64,000 nt of DNA from Minutocellus sp. GHC0000111 (taxonomy: Eukaryota). The notes under the pieces are model-generated. The model ran no database searches. It was not told where the DNA came from and saw nothing but the letters and a program-made list of their open reading frames with translations. A program made the translations under genes and the position numbers. Position 1 is the stretch's first letter. Each line of letters opens with the position of its first letter. This document shows, in pieces, positions 45,088-56,000 of this stretch. The stretch lies in the NCBI GenBank assembly GCA_977018835.1, contig OZ361258.1, positions 806,001-870,000 on the forward strand. Direction: 5' to 3'.

Positions 45088-47976
45088 CTACCTATCCTGG
45101 AATAGCTCACCAGGAGCGCGAGGAATTGCCGGTCTTCGCGAAGTGGCGCGACCCCCCTTGGATTTTGCCCGATGATTCTTCCCACCTGAATCTTGTTCCA
45201 AAGGCTTGCTACCTGCCAATCCCTTGTCGCGCTGGCTCTGCTGAATTCGCCTCCTCATGCCATTGCTCCATTCTGCCGGCAGGTCGGTCAAGCTAATGGA
45301 CATGAGATCATTGCCGTTGTGCGAAGACGACCCCCCACCGGAACTCAGCATTCCCCGCAGATCTTTGCCAGATACAGCGTGCGTCAACAAATGGAGCAGA
45401 TGCTTATTGAGTAAGCCATCTTCACAGCACTTCCCAAATAGACGTCTGTAGATGTCTGTTCTTTCCTCACTACGCTTTGGCATCAGTTTGGAGAGCAACT
45501 CAAACATTTCAACGTACGTGGATGATTTGACGGGGATACAACGAGTTTCGCGAACTTCATCAAACATGGCAAGAGCTAAGTGAAGCGCCTCCTTCCGCAT
45601 CGTGGGAACGGTTGTACAACTGGCCCAAGTGGCCAGGAGATAGTGAAAGGAGGCCGCATCGGGAGCAGATATCTTGTTGTCCCTTCCCATCGAAACCATA
45701 TCGTCGAATATCTCTCGAACACGGCGACTGGGTAACACTGTCGTACTGGTGCCGTCTTCTCGATTGACATGGATGATCGGATGAGCCCTTGAGTATCCTT
45801 CCAAAATGGCATTAGAATAGCTCGTGGGAGGCAAAATGCCTTCCTCATCTCTCATCTCACCCAAGATCTTATCGGCCGTAACAACGTTTCCTACACCAAC
45901 ATGAGCAAAAATCACACCCGCATAGCACGCCGACGTTGGCTTCAAGCTGTCGTCCCCAGCAAAATGGTACATTTCCTTCATTTTATCTAGTAAGGCTGCT
46001 GCCCTTTCAGCTCGATCCTCGTCAGGGCTTTTGGACCAGGCGTAGATTGCAGTTGCAAAGCTGATGGCATTGGGATGGATTGGACCGTCCGCTCCCGGAG
46101 GATTATCGAGCATCATCATAAGTAGTTTTTCGGCCCTTGCAGCTCCATCAGGCGCTCCACTTTTACTCCAGCAATCCATCGTGGCATTCCAAGTCACTAC
46201 ATTTGGGCGAACAATATCGCTATTCCATCGAGCTGCTCTGGAGATGGGATTGAAGAGATAGTTCCGCCCAAGCTTGCCATTCATGAAGCTCAATATCGAC
46301 TCGGCACGTTCACCAGCCTCTGGTGAACCGGAACGGGCCCAACATTTGATCAAAGTGTTGTATGTGATGATATTTGGCTCAACGCCTGGTGCGATGGGTA
46401 GGTTGCTGCCTGTTGTCGGTATTGTGCTGTTCTCACTACGGTTGCCAGAGGACTCAAGTAAGAGATTTAAAATGGCTTCGGCTCTCTTGGCGGCACGGTC
46501 ATTTCCCCTCATATTGCTCCAAGCGTTCAGTATACCGTTGTAGGACGTAATGCTCGGCCGGATGTTGTTATCTGCATCAATATCTATCACGTCAAAGTCA
46601 TCATCTTCCGGGTGCAGAGCCACCCTACCGCTTTGGACTTGCTCCAGATGCAAGGCGTGCATTTCTCTCAAAGCCGCTTCAGCTGCATGAGCATAATCCT
46701 CCGCATCAAGAGTTGTATCGGACTGTCGCGATGATAGATGCCTTTTCCTCCTCTTATCTCGTCCACCCTTTGGTTCTTGTCCCAAGCGCGCATAGGAATC
46801 TATAAGCATATTCCATGTTTTGGTGTTGGGTCTGTATTCTTCCACCTCCAATGCCTTGGCCACTGATTCCATTCTGGACATTATTTGTCGAATCTCACTG
46901 GGGGCACGAGGATTGGTTGATCTGGACCAAGCTGAACAAGCCAAATTGTAGCACACTCGATCGGGAATCAGCGCCAAGTTGAGTTTGTTCAAATCGTCTG
47001 CCGTCAACAGCTGCCCGCCTTTCTTTTCCTCCGTCAGCGTTGTGCCGTTTTCGGCCAACTGAGGGAGCAGCGGTGCAATTCCAGACTTGATCTCCAATTC
47101 CTCCAAAATATCCAACAGTTTGTACGGAGCGCTGCGTTCTCCTGATTTGGACCATGCCTTGAGTAAAGCCGTGTACGTGCCGATATTCGGTGATGTCTCC
47201 TCCAATGGCATGGACTGCATCAGCTTCATAATCTCCTCGGCTCGTTTGGCACCATATCCAGATCGAGTGCCAGCATCCGCCCAAGCCAACATGGTGGAGT
47301 TGAAGGCATCCGCTGCAGGTGGAGGAAGCTGCGCCGCCTCCTGTGAATGTCCCGAGCTTTCGTCTGCCACACTCGACAAATAAATCCAATGTCCCAAAAC
47401 TCGTTCGGCAATCCGTGCAGCATTGCGATTCCGTCGCTTGGCGCAGGCATCAATGAGATCATAGAGCTCGGACGAAAAGTCCTGCAGAGAGCTGGACCCA
47501 CCGAGGTACTTGGCCAGGCCTTCGGACGTGGAACAGGAATCAAATTCCTCCACCAAGACATCGATGTCTCGCAGGGTCATGTTGTGGAAGGAAGTGGAAT
47601 CGGCTTCACCGCTATTGTTGTCTGAATTGGAAGTTGAAGATGCTGAAAAAATTGTCTGTTCATCCGATGCAGCGTTTGCTGTATCCCTACTACTACTATC
47701 GTCGGTGCCAGATTGAATTGTTGAGAAATTTCGCCTAATTCCTGCTTTGGGTGGTGTGCAACGTGCTTGGCGAGTCTCGGTCACTGTAGACCAACGAACG
47801 GCAAGTTTTGTTGAGGTCTCATCATCATTGGACGATGCAACTGCGGAGCATCGTGCTGTTCGACGCCGGCATGAAATGTGTCGTTTTGAGGGGGCTGCAA
47901 AAGAGGAAGATGAAGACGAAGAGGTCTGACTGAGAAACCTTCTCATTAAAACGCTGCATGTTTTGGAATGGGCCAT
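45088..47976 (-). CDS. Pentatricopeptide-repeat (PPR) protein, probably organellar
   Basis: Repeated P(N/D)..(T/S)YN..(L/I)..W..SG......A..IL..M units; Arg/Ser-rich presequence from the ATG at 47976. Confidence 0.88.
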   Translation of the reverse strand: MAHSKTCSVLMRRFLSQTSSSSSSSFAAPSKRHISCRRRTARCSAVASSNDDETSTKLAVRWSTVTETRQARCTPPKAGIRRNFSTIQSGTDDSSSRDTANAASDEQTIFSASSTSNSDNNSGEADSTSFHNMTLRDIDVLVEEFDSCSTSEGLAKYLGGSSSLQDFSSELYDLIDACAKRRNRNAARIAERVLGHWIYLSSVADESSGHSQEAAQLPPPAADAFNSTMLAWADAGTRSGYGAKRAEEIMKLMQSMPLEETSPNIGTYTALLKAWSKSGERSAPYKLLDILEELEIKSGIAPLLPQLAENGTTLTEEKKGGQLLTADDLNKLNLALIPDRVCYNLACSAWSRSTNPRAPSEIRQIMSRMESVAKALEVEEYRPNTKTWNMLIDSYARLGQEPKGGRDKRRKRHLSSRQSDTTLDAEDYAHAAEAALREMHALHLEQVQSGRVALHPEDDDFDVIDIDADNNIRPSITSYNGILNAWSNMRGNDRAAKRAEAILNLLLESSGNRSENSTIPTTGSNLPIAPGVEPNIITYNTLIKCWARSGSPEAGERAESILSFMNGKLGRNYLFNPISRAARWNSDIVRPNVVTWNATMDCWSKSGAPDGAARAEKLLMMMLDNPPGADGPIHPNAISFATAIYAWSKSPDEDRAERAAALLDKMKEMYHFAGDDSLKPTSACYAGVIFAHVGVGNVVTADKILGEMRDEEGILPPTSYSNAILEGYSRAHPIIHVNREDGTSTTVLPSRRVREIFDDMVSMGRDNKISAPDAASFHYLLATWASCTTVPTMRKEALHLALAMFDEVRETRCIPVKSSTYVEMFELLSKLMPKRSEERTDIYRRLFGKCCEDGLLNKHLLHLLTHAVSGKDLRGMLSSGGGSSSHNGNDLMSISLTDLPAEWSNGMRRRIQQSQRDKGLAGSKPLEQDSGGKNHRAKSKGGRATSRRPAIPRAPGELFQDR

Positions 47977-48341
47977 GTTGCTGGAGGGCGTTGGCCTTGC
48001 ACGAGTAGTTGGACAGCCGATACCTCTACTACCGTACCACCAGCATCGCTCGAAAAAATGAATGAGCAGACGCTCTGCGAGCGAGCGCGAGAGAACCCGG
48101 ATCGATCGTCTTTCCGTCGTCGTTGGGGTCATAACCCATTTCCTCACCATCCGGTTCTCCTTGGCGCCACATGACATCTGCATATCGTCGTGGTTCTGAA
48201 GCACCCGAGGATCCATCGCTGTAAAGCCATCACACATTATTTCGTATCCCTTTTTTCCCGCTGGAGCGATAACTAGATCTAATATCATCATTGAAAAGCG
48301 ACGCAGACCCCCCCCCCCACCCACATCACAAACAATAAAAT

Positions 48342-49922
48342 ATGAGCGACGCCCAGAATCTCTTTACTCTGCTCGAGGTTGCGGCCGGATATGCCCTTTT
48401 CGAGGTGGTGCAAATGGAGGAGATCGGATCTCTCCTCGAGGCCAACTCCTCGTCGATCACCGACATGGAGCGCTTCGGCCGTGCTGTTAAGCTCAAGGCC
48501 TTCCAGCCCTTCGAATCGGCCCAGGACGCTCTGGAGAATGCCAACGCCATCAGTGAGCATGCCTGCACCGACACGCTGCGCAACTTTCTGGAAATGAATC
48601 TGCCCAAGATCAAGAAGAAGAAGGAGGGCAAGTCGGCCCCCTTCGCCCTGGGCATCGTCGATGCCGGCCTTGCCACGGCCATTTCCGAGGCCCTGCCCGG
48701 CCTTTCGTGCCGATCGGACGAGACCGTCCGCGAGGTTCTGCGCGGCTGCCGCCTTCACCTCACCAAGATGGTCAAGGGCCTTGACAAGGGTGCCGCCGAG
48801 CAGGCCCAACTGGGTCTCGGCCACTCCTACTCCCGTGGCAAGGTCAAGTTCAACCCCGCCCGATCTGATAACATGATCATCCAGTCCATCGCCCTTTTGG
48901 ATCAGATGGACAAGGACCTCAACACCTTCGCCATGCGGGTGAGGGAGTGGTACTCCTGGCACTTCCCCGAGCTCAAGGAGCTCGTCAAGGACAACTACAT
49001 GTTTGCCCGATGCGCGGCCTACATCCAGGACAAGAATTCGCTCTGCGGTGGTGGCGCGAAGGGTGGCGACGACGACGACGATGACGAGGGTACCAACGGC
49101 AACACAGCCGAGGACAAGCTTCCCGGTCTCATTGAGATTGTCGGCGATGAGGAGACGGCCAACGCCATCGTGGCAGCCGCCCGAACCTCGATGGGCATGG
49201 ACTGCAGCGCCGTCGACATGCTCAACATCATCAACTTCACCCAGCGCATGGTCAAGCTGGCCGAATTCCGCAAGCAGCTGGCGGCATACCTCTCGGACAA
49301 GATGGACATCGTCGCTCCCAACCTTTCGGCCCTGATCGGTGACACCGTCGCCGCCAGGCTCATTTCCAAGGCCGGATCGCTCACCAACCTCGCCAAGGCC
49401 CCGGCATCGACCGTCCAGATCCTTGGCGCCGAGAAGGCTCTGTTCCGTGCCCTCAAGACCAAGGGCAACACCCCCAAGTACGGTCTCATCTACCACTCCA
49501 CCTTCATCGGCCGGGCCGATGCCAAGAACAAGGGCCGGATTAGCCGCTACCTTGCCAATAAGTGCTCCATCGCGACAAGGATCGATTCCTTTGCCGACGA
49601 GCCCACCAGTGCATACGGCGAGAAGCTGCGAGATCAGGTCGAGGAGAGGCTCAAGTTCTACGAGACTGGTGCCGCGCCGAGGAAGAATATTGATGTAATG
49701 GAAGAGGTGGCCAAGCACTTGGCTGCCGGAAAGCCAGACGACGACGATGTCGACATGGACGAGGCGGTGACACCCAAAAAAGCAAGCAAGAAGGATAAGA
49801 AGAAGAAAAAGGATGGCAAGAGAAAACGGGACGATTCCGAAGAAGAGGAGGATGCTGATGCCCAAAAGAGTGCTAAGAAGGCCAAGAAGAGTGCGAAGAA
49901 GAAGAAAAAGTCCAAGGATTAA
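48342..49922 (+). CDS. NOP56: Nucleolar protein 56 (box C/D snoRNP)
   Basis: [70 protein letters not shown], Lys-rich tail. Confidence 0.96.
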   Translation: MSDAQNLFTLLEVAAGYALFEVVQMEEIGSLLEANSSSITDMERFGRAVKLKAFQPFESAQDALENANAISEHACTDTLRNFLEMNLPKIKKKKEGKSAPFALGIVDAGLATAISEALPGLSCRSDETVREVLRGCRLHLTKMVKGLDKGAAEQAQLGLGHSYSRGKVKFNPARSDNMIIQSIALLDQMDKDLNTFAMRVREWYSWHFPELKELVKDNYMFARCAAYIQDKNSLCGGGAKGGDDDDDDEGTNGNTAEDKLPGLIEIVGDEETANAIVAAARTSMGMDCSAVDMLNIINFTQRMVKLAEFRKQLAAYLSDKMDIVAPNLSALIGDTVAARLISKAGSLTNLAKAPASTVQILGAEKALFRALKTKGNTPKYGLIYHSTFIGRADAKNKGRISRYLANKCSIATRIDSFADEPTSAYGEKLRDQVEERLKFYETGAAPRKNIDVMEEVAKHLAAGKPDDDDVDMDEAVTPKKASKKDKKKKKDGKRKRDDSEEEEDADAQKSAKKAKKSAKKKKKSKD

Positions 49923-50087
49923 AGGCTGCGCCGAGAGGGAATTTTCTTCTGTAGGGACTGTAACTCTTAAATTTGTATAGTTTCAATAACAACCCATCCA
50001 AGGACAAAGTCGGTTTACTTTAGTTGCAGTCTCACTGCTATCATCGTATCAGTTAGTGCATGTGTATCTTACTTGCGATGGCTTATT

Positions 50088-53000
50088 TCATTTCAAGGCA
50101 TCGAGGTAAAGTGCCGCAAGAGCCCCAACATTGGCCGGTGATATTTGCAGTATTTCGAGCAAAGTTGTTTGCTTCCTGAGCATAACTTGGAATAGTACAC
50201 CACTCTCGGTGAAAACAAGGTTTAGGTTGGTCATATCACACGGCGCAAGATTTCCACTTGGATTGCCCCCACCTTGACGAAGCAAATCCCTCAGATCCAG
50301 GGCAGTCCCGTCGTGACTTGCAGGATCTAAATGCATTTCAATAGTTTGGCTTAGTACCGCCCGAGAGCACGTTGCAGTGATGAGATTGGAACCTCCACCA
50401 CAGTCAATATCGACCTCAAACGAATGGTCGCTAGATACGCTCCGGTACTGCCCGCCATACATGTATTCGTTTCCGCCGGCAACATCGGCGGCATCCCTAG
50501 GACGAATACAAAGAATGTAGCCAATTGCAATTTCAGTTCTTTGCGGAAGACGACAATACAAAGGCAGACCAGCATCGAAACTCGCAAGAACCGTCGAGCA
50601 AGTCCTTTCGGCATCCTCGGATTCTGTCCACTTTTGAAGCGTCTTGATTCTCCTGTCATTCAAATGGCCTTTCTTCTCTTGCAGTGTGGGCTGCGACCAC
50701 GACACGACGGCACAATTGGCCTTGCTATCAAATGGCAAGACGAGGACATCCTTGAAGGCCAAGACCTGGCCCAGGTCCAATACTTTGTTCCAACCGACGA
50801 GGGCAGACTCGTCGTTCGGATCGAGATCTCTTTGCAAGCGTAGTAAGAGACCCGATTCATCTGTAAAGTACGAAAATGATGTGTGCACCATGCTGTGCTG
50901 TTCATGCTCCGATCGGACGAGCACTCCCGCAAAGTCCATGTGCGCGCCGGACGCCTTCCTGCTGGAAGAAGCTTTCCTGGATAGCACATGGGCACGAATG
51001 ATAGGTGCAAAGGAGCGCCTTGAAAATCCCGAATATTGAAGCTGTCGCGAAGAAGGTTGCTGCACGAATGCTTGCATCCTCGTCTTGTCGTTTGCACTGA
51101 ATTGCAGCATTTCATCGCGAAGCTCTGATTTGACGGCCAGATCCTTGATACGTATTACAGTGCACTCCTTGAGGATATTGGACTGGTCCTCAGTCATTCG
51201 CCAAACAGTGAGAGTAGCACTCGGTTGATTCGGAATGATACGTTCCTTGTCCTCATCATCATCGGTAGTAGATGATGGCGGTGGAGAGTTCTGAAGGGAC
51301 TTGACAGTGATCCGGAGGAAAGGAGTGCTGCTTCGAAAGAGAGATACATTGCTCTGCATTTTGGCATCAATCCTCCTTCTCGTCATATCGTTGATCATAG
51401 ATGAGCGCCGTTCTTCCCATCGATCAACAGTAGCCTTGTCGTCTCTGGACAGCCTTTCGTAATAATCGCACATGGCATTTGAAGCCATCATTTGCCTCCA
51501 CTGTTCGGGAGCTTGCTCATCAACCTCTCGGGTGCATTCTTTCTCTGCGGCCTCGGATATCTTTTCGATCTCTCGATGGCGACGTTCGTCGAATTCTCTC
51601 CGTCGCTTTTCTTCTTGAGCCTCTGTAAGTATGGTCGAAGTACCGTCGGGGCCCTTTTCTAAAAATGATCGAGGAAAGTGCCGGCACACTATCAGATCCA
51701 TCAAGGGAACAGGCCCTCCACCGGGGATTACGTCTCCCATTGACTTGACGAGAAGCAGCCCATCCTGTGATTGGATCTGGTGCGTCGGCCGAACAAAACC
51801 AAGCCTCGAATCCCACTTCGCTCGCCTCGTTGCATTTGCAACGAGTTCCAGCGCGACCGGACAGCTTGATCTGGACGGTTGATACGATGCATCGAGAGGA
51901 TCGACACCATCTTCTGACCCTGCGAGTTCAGCACCGGCAACCAGGAGCTTGGTGCCAACCTTGATCTTATCTTGCTCGACAAAGGATTGTAGATGCAAAT
52001 CCAAAACGGCTTGAACTGAGTACCACCCATCTGTAAGCTCAAGACGAAGTTCCTCGCGAAACGATTTTGAGGAGGAAGGACGAGGTGAGTTCGATTCTCC
52101 ACTGCTTGAGTCATCGGAGCCAGTCTTGATCCGAAAGCGATGAATCTGGGCGACGCACAGGATCATCAAGCGTCCAGCGGAGGCATCTCTGTTGAGAATG
52201 ATACGCAATGCAGGCCGTTTGGCGTTGGCAACTTCCCTGTCGTACCTCCCCTTGAGTTGAGAAAGGACGTGCTCATAGGTGAAGTACTTCCCCGCCAATG
52301 CTTGAGGGTAGCGTCGTTCAGTGCAGGCCAGCTTCCAATTGATCCAGCCAAAATGGTTGACAATCCATTTATCAACCAAGAGGGCTTCGTCACATCCCTT
52401 GGCGATCAAGTTACGTCTAAGATCCTGAACATTACCGACCATCTTACAGCCTGAGGCATTGCCAGCTCCAAACATGGCGCAGGGAAGACCGGTCTGTTCG
52501 TCAAATCGAAGCTTTGACGCATTGACACTGCTAATCTTCAACAATACTGGGTTCGCGCCACCATCTAGGCAGGCCTGGTGATTTGCATCTTCCATCGGGC
52601 CATAGATATCATCGAACTCTTGCAGACTCAGACGAGTGCCATCGACGGAGAACTGGAAATCACTGCCATCCAATTTCATCTTACCACGGGCTCCGCCATC
52701 CATCTTAAGATGACGAGGCCTCCTCGATGTCGTGGACGCAGAGGCCATGCCGCTACAGTATCCCGATTTTCCGGAGGAGTGTCTTGAACTATGGCTGGAT
52801 GGTTGCTCCTCGAGGATTCTTGCAGCCCGCTCGAGCGTCTTGGGTGAGAATTTCTTGCCACTGAAACTTCCTTCGACATGCTTAAAGGCAAATGGCACAG
52901 GCGTCACAGCAGATAAAGAGGAAGACTTTGGACTTGTATCAGGACCATCGCCTGGTCTTTTTGCGTAAGGGTTCCTAACAATCGTCGATCGAGTCACAGC

Positions 53001-56000
53001 AGCAGACTTGCGAGAAACTTGAGGGGTGTGTTTTGGGGTAAATGCCGCCGCCGCTGTTTCCACAGCAGTCGATGCAGCGGCAACATTTGGTCCGGTAGTG
53101 GAAGCGTTGGCAGGAGCACCCGACGACTCTTTGCCACCATGGCTTTGCGAGCGATCTTGATAATTGTCTTCGCGAAACAAAACCTTCTTCGTACTGAGAG
53201 CCTGAGCTGACCCCCCTCGCGCAATAGCAGGCAATGGAGTTTCCGCAGGGTGCATGTGCTGGGCAATATTGACATTCTTCGCGGCAGTTCCTCCCAGGGA
53301 CGACCGATTCGTCCTCCTCCGCATTGCTGGCTGTGCTGGTGTTTCAGCGAAGTGGATGCGTGGACGTGTCGAGCCCCTGGTATCTTTTGCTTCTCCTTGA
53401 TTACTACTAGTACCTGGAAGATCCAATGATGAATTCTGAGCAAACATTTCGTTAGCCTTTGCCAATGCATCATCACTAACTGAAATGGACGTCCCTTGTC
53501 CAGCTGTAGCGAACATTGAAGCAGCCGAAATGGTAGAAGCTTGAATCTCTTTCTGATGAGTTCCACCGAATATTTCATCCGCCTTGGCCAATCCTTGTTC
53601 AGACACAGATATTGCTTGGTTGTTTCCAGCAGTAGAAAACATTGGAGGCGGCATCGACAGAGAGGACGAAGGGGTAGGATCATCGATGCTTGTTTCCTTG
53701 TCGACTTCCATCCGGAAAATCTGGTTGGCCTTGGCCAGAGCATCATCCGATACCTTGATCGATGCACCACCTCCCGTTGAGAACAACGACGAGGCTCTCA
53801 CAGTTGACTGCGGTTCCGACGATGATGACGACGACGAAGGTAGCGCCTTTGCTACCTCGGTCAGCATTTGATTGGCCTTGGCCATGGCATCATCAGAGAC
53901 AGCAATCGATGACCCTCCTGCCGTTGAAAACAGAGAGGCTGACGGCTTGGCCACCGTCGAGGAAGGAACCTCATTCGTCGGACCGGCAAAAATCTGATTC
54001 GCCTTTGACATAGCGTCAGCCGACACAGCGATGGAGGACCCTCCTGCAGTCGAAAATAAATCCCCCACCTTTACTGTGGAACCTGGCTGTACCACTTGAG
54101 CTGATAACGAGGAAGATTGATCTTTGTCAGATCCCGTAAACATTTGATTCGCCTTGGCCGTGGCATCATCTGATATTGATATCGAAGCACCTCCTGCAGT
54201 CGAAAATAGTGTCGCAGCTGAGGATGCCGCCATAGCAGCAGGCGGCAGTGGCGGCGAATGCTGAATCTGACATGTATTGTCAAGAAGTTGTCCAGCCCTC
54301 GTGATCGCATCGTCCGATACAGCTATTGAAGACCCAGCGGCCGTCGAGAAGAGCGCAGTAGCGGCAGGCGGGACCGCTACGGACGGCACCACTGGAGAAG
54401 TTTTGGATGGTGCCACCAATGCCTTTTGTGCAGCGCCACGAAAGATTTCACTTGCTTTTGCCATCGCATCAGTAGTGACAGAAATGGAAGATCCTCCCGC
54501 TGTGGAGAAAAGTGTTGCTGCCCCAGAAGGTGGTCCCATTTGCGATGCCCCCTGAGCCCCAATTGTATTGTCGCTGTTCGACCCTTCAAAAATTTGATTC
54601 ACCTTGCTTAAACTCTCTTCGGATACCTCAATGGCGAGACCTTTCCCAGCAGTGGAGAAGAGAGCAGGCATTGCAGAAGATGGGGGAGGCTGGCCTTGTC
54701 TCTCGTCTAGACCAAGGAGCTCATTCGCCCGGGCAACTACCTGAGGATCTACCACTATCTCTCTTTTCATCCCAGCGGTCGAAAATATGGGAGCCGAATT
54801 CTTCGCCATCGATGGAGATTGCGTAGCCAATCCCAACCCGTAGTCGACTGTGGAAGCACCAGGAGTTTCAACTGATGCTTTCGCTTTCGTAGAGAGACCA
54901 ACATTTTCAGAGGGAGGGGAGGGTACCAACGGAGATGACGGCTGGATTGTTTTGAACTGATCCTCTTTGTTAAACAGGTCACAAGCCGACGCCAATGCTT
55001 CATCCGATACCTCAATCTCCTTTCCTCCTGCGGTAGAAAACAAGGCTGGTCTCACCGATGCCGCAGGAGCCTTTGGGGGAGGATCGGGCTGCACAGTCGT
55101 ACCCTGGCAATTGGTTGATTGGCCATCGAATAAATGGGCAACCTCTTCCATCGAATCCTTCGATACTGATATTGACGAACCACCTGCAGTAGAAAACAGA
55201 GCCAACTCCGCTCCCAAAGCTGGTTCTTTCGGCTCTTCCGTCTGCTGTTTCTGCACTGGATCAGAGAACATGATATGCGCCCTCTTCATTGCTTCAGCTG
55301 ATATCGAGATTGAAGAGCCACCGGCTGTCGAGAAACGCGATGCAGGACCTAATGCAACAGCGCGAGAATCGGCGGGCTTCTGGTCCGAGTCTGATAAAGA
55401 AGTGCTTGTTGCACCGTGGTTGCTGTTGGGTTCTTCGAACATTTGGTTAGCTTTGGCCATCGCTTCGGCGGATATCGGAATTGAAGCGCCACCCCCAGTA
55501 GAAAACAGCGGCACAGCCGAAATTCTGGCGGCCTTGGGCATAGATTCAAACGGTTGCTGAGGTGGGACGCGTTCGGGTTCAGCTGAAGGTTTCTCAGTAA
55601 TCTTCGGCAGGAATTCAGCTTCTGCCGACGCCATACTTCCGACGTGCTGCTCTTCCTCAACGGCGGGCATGCTTTGATTTTCAGCCTCGGCCCCCGGATC
55701 AGATCCTGTTCCGACATCGGCAATGGTAGTTGTTGTATCGGCGTCAACCTGATCCTCGGGATACGACAGCGCAGGCTCTTGATGAACTTCCTCTTCCTGC
55801 TGCTGTGTCAGTTCATAGCCATATTCAAACATCGGAACTGCCTGTGTCAATGGCTGGAATGCATCATAATTGTTATTCGACTCTTGAGACATTTGTTCCT
55901 CCTGACGAGATTCGTCTTCATTTGGAGCAGAGAGATCTCGTTGTGTCTTTGACTGGGCTTCAGTATCAGTGCCTTGAGCGATGATTTCCGACGATGAGGA

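Noticed and set aside
47977..48324. 116-aa N-terminal extension of the PPR ORF
   Set aside because: Starts at a non-ATG codon and spans the shared promoter with NOP56; the ATG at 47976 gives a plausible presequence.
48288..49865. 525-aa antisense ORF over NOP56
   Set aside because: Shadow ORF from strong C-ending codon bias in a highly expressed gene; no domain.
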